IMG/VR virus record: IMGVR_UViG_3300028886_000061
Coordinates: 9,635-73,634 of that record
DNA from: a virus
Lineage: Duplodnaviria; Heunggongvirae; Uroviricota; Caudoviricetes
Length of the DNA: 64,000 nucleotides
Strand: one strand, 5' to 3'
The notes beneath the pieces were generated by a model. It did not search any database, had not been told where the DNA came from, and was given only the letters and a program-made list of their open reading frames with translations. The first letter of the stretch is position 1; each line of letters begins with the position of its first letter. The position numbers and the translations under genes are program-made. Of the stretch, positions 59,746-64,000 are shown in pieces.

Positions 59746-62700
59746 CTACTCGAAAGTAAATGTATCATTTGTATTGGCGGCAGTAACTCTTACAACATCC
59801 CCGGAAGAGAATGTCCTTGGAGTAAATACTGCTATATGGTCGGTTACGGTCACAGTTTCAATAAATGCATCATTAACATACAATGAGAGGGATGATCCAT
59901 CATTGGTGTAGCATTTAATAGCGCGATTTACCATTCTGGTGTAGTCCTTACCACATATATGGACAAACTGCTGAGAACTCCATTCGGCTTTATATATATA
60001 GAACGAATCCTTCTTGGTGACATGGTCTCGTTCCACAAGGCCTTTATCGTTCAAACGACGTAATGAATCCAAGGTGGATACAGTTTCACCATCCGGGCAG
60101 ATAGTATAGCCTTCATTACGGCTTGCCACGGCCACATCAAATAACATCCACTCGGAGGTAAAGAGCAATTGTGGGAAGTTGCGGATAGCAGCCACGTGGC
60201 CTTCGTGTAGCCACATCTGGTATTCTATATCGTGACGTTCGTAGTTACCCTTTGTGGTGGTTGTTTGAGGATCCTCAGAGTGGCAATTTTGGGTTCCACC
60301 AGCTCCATATTCAGAGAATGCGAGTGCCTTACCGGCATTTGTTATAATATTGGTAACACGGGTATTCAACTGCGAAGTTGGATTATTGGATGCCTTATCG
60401 ATATACCAACCAACATATATATTACATCCAAGCCAATCAATACCGGTAGGACTATTGTAGTATGTATATGGATTATTGTAACTATGCGACATCACATAAC
60501 CAACCATACGCTCTGTATCAATTGATTTGATGAGAGCTGTATATTCCTCAATCTTTGCCTTACCAAAGTCCTTATCATCGGTCGTGGTTTCATTACTCAA
60601 TCCCCAGAACATTATACAAGGGTGATTAAAGTGCTGGTTAACCATATCTGTATACTGTGTGGTAAGATGGGTGTAGTAATCCTCCGGCATCGTGGATTGA
60701 AGTTTGTTAACACAAGGTGCTTCTGTTTGGACCACAATACCCAACTCGTCACACTTATCATACACCTCTTTTGGATGTGGATAGTGAGCAAGACGTAAGA
60801 AGTTACATCCAAGTTCATTGATGATGGCAAACTGTTGTGTATAATCCGCATCGTTCAGTGCATTGGCCTTATTAACCAAATCATCATGTATACAGACACC
60901 GCGCAGCTGGTAGGGAGATCCATTAAGTAGGAATCCTGTATATGGTTGGCCACCGACTGTTTGGTTGATAACATAGCTATAGAACCTCAAACCATAGGGA
61001 CGTTCGTATCTATGGTATAGTTCGTTATCCTTATATATCTCCATAGTCACTGTATAGAGGTGTGGATCGGATTTGCCATTCCAAAGATGCGGATTCTGGA
61101 TAGTGGTATTGAACGTCATCTCCTCACCGGTGCTTGGTTTGGTATCTGTCCAATGAAATGTTCCATCATCTATTGTACAAACAACAGAAGCTCCCAATGG
61201 GACAGTGGTCCTCACGTATATGGTGGCTGCTACTGTGGTCACGTTCGATGTAATATGGAAGCCGTCATAACCATACTTCATATCTGGTAACACAGGACTT
61301 GTAAATAATTTTACATTACCAAGTGTGGCATTGAAGTTGAAGTCGCCGGAGGCTGGGGCAAGGTAGTTACCCTCATTATTCTTCAATGCAACCTTGATGT
61401 GGTTGGTTCCTCTATGGATTGCACTTGATATATCCACGAAGAATGCTGTATAACCGCCCCAATGCTTTTCAACCAACACATCATCCACATAAACAGCAGC
61501 TGACTGGTCCGCATGTTGGAACCACAGATATGCAGGATTAACGTCGTGGAGATTAAAACTCGTCTCGAAGTTAAAAGTACCCTTTGTATAATTAGATGAA
61601 TGACTATCCTCGCGGTTGATTGAGAATGGAGTTGTTATGGTTTGATTGTTATAACTCCAAGTACCAAGAGTCTTGTTGGATTTCTCGTATGGAGTCTCCT
61701 CGACATACTCACAGGTCTGTGTCACGGTAGCACTTGTTTTACTACCCACCTGTGAGTATGTTTCGACAGTTGTGTCTTCACTTATCAGGATTGGTGTTGA
61801 GTATACAGAGTATGCACCGGTACCATTTAAGCGATAATATATGGTTGCATCTGTTGTTTGACAGCTAAGATCTATCTCTTCACCATCAAATGAAATTTCA
61901 GGAGCATATAGAATCATGTCGTCGTGAAGCGTCCAACTGGTTGGTACACCATTGATACCCCTTGACCACAAAGTACTACCATTTCTAACAAAGTTACCTG
62001 TTGCAGCTACTCCCTTAACCCAACTACCACAGTTGGTATTATTGATACCGCCTGTAGCCATACACTTGATATAATTAAGGTTGCTACAATTTACAAACAT
62101 ATAATAGTAACTTTGGTTGGCGATAGTCAATGCCGGAAGATCGGGAGCAGAAGAGAATGGACACTCTTCAAACATATAGTAATAGCAACCCTGGGATAGT
62201 GTGGTGGCTGGTAATGCAGGTGGAACAGCCAGTGAGTGTGCCTTACTGAACATAGCACGATAACAGAAATTGGTTAGAGTAGTTGCAGGAAGTACGAGGT
62301 TCTCGGCTGATACAACACCACAACATTTAAACATGGAACAGAAGTTATATGTTCCACTCAATGTAGTTTGCCCAATAAAGTTATCTCCATATACTAACGA
62401 CATTATATTACCTTCAACGTCAAATGTTGCGGCTCCTGGTATATCAGTACCATCTCCACCAAAGCCAGAGTAGTTGCTCTTATCCTTTGCGTATGATGTA
62501 TTGGTGCCTTTGAATCTCACCACATCACCGGCAACCACCGGTATTTCAGTTGTAGAACTTGCTGTGATGGAAGTCCACGCTCCATTATTCAAACTATATT
62601 GAATAGTCTTTGCCTGACCTGTACCAACAGTATTCCAGTTAATGTAACCATCAGTCAATACCCTAAATGTAAGGTAATCCTGACTATAATCATGTGCTGG

Positions 62701-64000
62701 TTCATATATACAGGTCTCGCTAACAGTTTCGCTTGTTTGGAGATTATAAGTTGAATAAGCCTCCACGACAGTATCAGCAAAGATTGGTATTGGGTTGGTA
62801 TATAGTTCAAACGAGCCAACTTCATCCAATCTATAATATATCTCGGAACGAGGAGTATCACAGGTAATCACCACCTGAACACCATCGCAGGAAATCACAG
62901 GTTCATCCAATACGATTGGTACATATATACAGTTCTTACTCACAATCTCACTTACCTTTCCATCGATAGTCGAGTATGCTTCAACAAGAGTAGTTGCATT
63001 GATAAAGAATGGATCTGTATAAAGTACGTAGTTACCAGTCTGGTCCAACCTATAATATATATCTGCACCCGGTGTTTCACAGTTGATATCGACTACCTCA
63101 CCATCGCAGTTAATGATGGGTTCTTCAATACCATCATCATATATACAAGTCTCCATCACGGTGTTACTTATATTGGCACCATTGGTTGCATACGCCTCCA
63201 CAACAGTATCTGCTGATATATTGATGGGAGTTGTATATAATGAGAATACTCCCAATTGATTCAGTCTATAATATATATCAACATTCTGGGTTGGACAGGT
63301 AATGGTTACATGTTCACCATCGCAGGAAATCACCGGATCCTCAACCAATCTTGAGAGTTTGGTTAATTCAAATTCCGACACATTGATATTGGAATAACGA
63401 TACGGATCACCATTGGCATCTTGCGCATAACCAATACATACGGTAAGGTATTGTAATTCAGGAATATCTGGGAATACCTTATCGGATTGAAATATGGTTG
63501 TGCCACTAATCAAATCGGTTGCAATGAATTTATTACCTGTGGCTGTTGGATCGTAGGTAATCTCTATATCGTATTCTGCAACGTTTGTAGAGACGTACCT
63601 TGATGGGTTTATGGTTGTATTTGTATTACTACCGGTAGCAAACTGAGTACCCAATATGATTGATTTATTAGTACTCGAATGACGCAATTGGAAACCATAC
63701 CAAGGTTCTGGTGTGGCGCGTTTCATTGTAAGAATGTTGTGGTGGTTCTGGTCCTGATTAGGTGGCTGTTGTGTAAAGTCTATGGTAAAGTGCATATGCA
63801 TCTTGAAACCATCAGTTGTATCAAAACCATAGAACTGAGTATTCACACCATCTTGATTAAATGCCTTTTCACCGGTTGAACCACCAGATGTATCAATATC
63901 GTATCCAGTAACTTTTGGGTTACCTTCTTTATCATAGTCGATATTTTGAGTAGAGTTATTACCGCTGGTATCCGTATTCTGATTAACTGTATTGGTTGGA
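59746..64000 (-). CDS. giant fibre/receptor-binding protein: Ig-like repeat array + BspA-type LRRs + C-terminal GH2-family glycoside hydrolase; 5'-partial (continues past window end)
   Basis: Reading frame open with no stop to position 64000 (track start 63846 is GTG); GH2 motifs NHPCIMFWGLSNE and AFSEYGAGG, FLLNGSPYQLRGVCIHDD; four about 70-aa repeats; LRR LPATTLTNFCY. Confidence 0.6.
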   Translation of the reverse strand, partial: PTNTVNQNTDTSGNNSTQNIDYDKEGNPKVTGYDIDTSGGSTGEKAFNQDGVNTQFYGFDTTDGFKMHMHFTIDFTQQPPNQDQNHHNILTMKRATPEPWYGFQLRHSSTNKSIILGTQFATGSNTNTTINPSRYVSTNVAEYDIEITYDPTATGNKFIATDLISGTTIFQSDKVFPDIPELQYLTVCIGYAQDANGDPYRYSNINVSEFELTKLSRLVEDPVISCDGEHVTITCPTQNVDIYYRLNQLGVFSLYTTPINISADTVVEAYATNGANISNTVMETCIYDDGIEEPIINCDGEVVDINCETPGADIYYRLDQTGNYVLYTDPFFINATTLVEAYSTIDGKVSEIVSKNCIYVPIVLDEPVISCDGVQVVITCDTPRSEIYYRLDEVGSFELYTNPIPIFADTVVEAYSTYNLQTSETVSETCIYEPAHDYSQDYLTFRVLTDGYINWNTVGTGQAKTIQYSLNNGAWTSITASSTTEIPVVAGDVVRFKGTNTSYAKDKSNYSGFGGDGTDIPGAATFDVEGNIMSLVYGDNFIGQTTLSGTYNFCSMFKCCGVVSAENLVLPATTLTNFCYRAMFSKAHSLAVPPALPATTLSQGCYYYMFEECPFSSAPDLPALTIANQSYYYMFVNCSNLNYIKCMATGGINNTNCGSWVKGVAATGNFVRNGSTLWSRGINGVPTSWTLHDDMILYAPEISFDGEEIDLSCQTTDATIYYRLNGTGAYSVYSTPILISEDTTVETYSQVGSKTSATVTQTCEYVEETPYEKSNKTLGTWSYNNQTITTPFSINREDSHSSNYTKGTFNFETSFNLHDVNPAYLWFQHADQSAAVYVDDVLVEKHWGGYTAFFVDISSAIHRGTNHIKVALKNNEGNYLAPASGDFNFNATLGNVKLFTSPVLPDMKYGYDGFHITSNVTTVAATIYVRTTVPLGASVVCTIDDGTFHWTDTKPSTGEEMTFNTTIQNPHLWNGKSDPHLYTVTMEIYKDNELYHRYERPYGLRFYSYVINQTVGGQPYTGFLLNGSPYQLRGVCIHDDLVNKANALNDADYTQQFAIINELGCNFLRLAHYPHPKEVYDKCDELGIVVQTEAPCVNKLQSTMPEDYYTHLTTQYTDMVNQHFNHPCIMFWGLSNETTTDDKDFGKAKIEEYTALIKSIDTERMVGYVMSHSYNNPYTYYNSPTGIDWLGCNIYVGWYIDKASNNPTSQLNTRVTNIITNAGKALAFSEYGAGGTQNCHSEDPQTTTTKGNYERHDIEYQMWLHEGHVAAIRNFPQLLFTSEWMLFDVAVASRNEGYTICPDGETVSTLDSLRRLNDKGLVERDHVTKKDSFYIYKAEWSSQQFVHICGKDYTRMVNRAIKCYTNDGSSLSLYVNDAFIETVTVTDHIAVFTPRTFSSGDVVRVTAANTNDTFTFE
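62698..63345 (-). repeat. three tandem about 210-nt coding repeats (Ig-like/chitobiase-C-like domains) inside fibre gene; fourth copy at 61699-61908
   Basis: Protein repeats EPVISCDG..IYYRL..LYT.P..I..T.VEAY..T...S..V...CIY. Confidence 0.55.

Noticed and set aside
44306-63846. Diversity-generating retroelement near the LRR fibre genes
   Set aside because: No reverse-transcriptase motif (YxDD) in any ORF and no near-identical TR/VR repeat pair; LRR similarity between the two genes is only moderate
1-64000. CRISPR array
   Set aside because: No regularly spaced short direct repeats; the only multi-copy elements are the 4 dispersed hairpin elements about 10-25 kb apart

Overview
This window reads as a fragment of a large, AT-rich, virulent dsDNA phage. 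Calls rest on motifs read by eye; nothing could be confirmed by database search.

The replication core is T4-like: a family-B DNA polymerase, anaerobic RNR NrdD/NrdG, and a gp25-like baseplate wedge in a myovirus-type structural block. The host is probably a Bacteroidota, judging from a T9SS C-terminal sorting domain protein, lipobox lipoproteins and BspA-type LRR fibre proteins.

Coding runs mostly on the + strand. A convergent minus-strand structural/lysis block lies at 44.3-52.6 kb, and a giant minus-strand fibre gene at 59.7->64.0 kb runs off the window.

The most notable observations:
- polB is split by a 56-nt untranslated gap that begins with a GGG-UAG hairpin, which resembles the T4 gene 60 translational bypass.
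- Two inteins are present: LAGLIDADG in nrdD, and HNH in rtcB with an A8-run frameshift.
- A four-copy structured intergenic element carries compensatory stem mutations.
- A hairpin + T-tract + TTTATATATA promoter-like signal precedes most genes.
- An RNA-repair set is encoded: RtcB, CCA-adding/HD enzyme, Pnk-like kinase, HAD phosphatase.
- A nucleotide/glycosylation set suggests possible DNA hypermodification: divergent ThyX-like, Dcd-like, GT-B transferase, UDP-sugar 6-dehydrogenase, MazG, orphan QueC-like, GT2-radical-SAM fusion.
- A GH2 glycosidase is fused to a repeat-rich fibre.
- GC content is strikingly mosaic.
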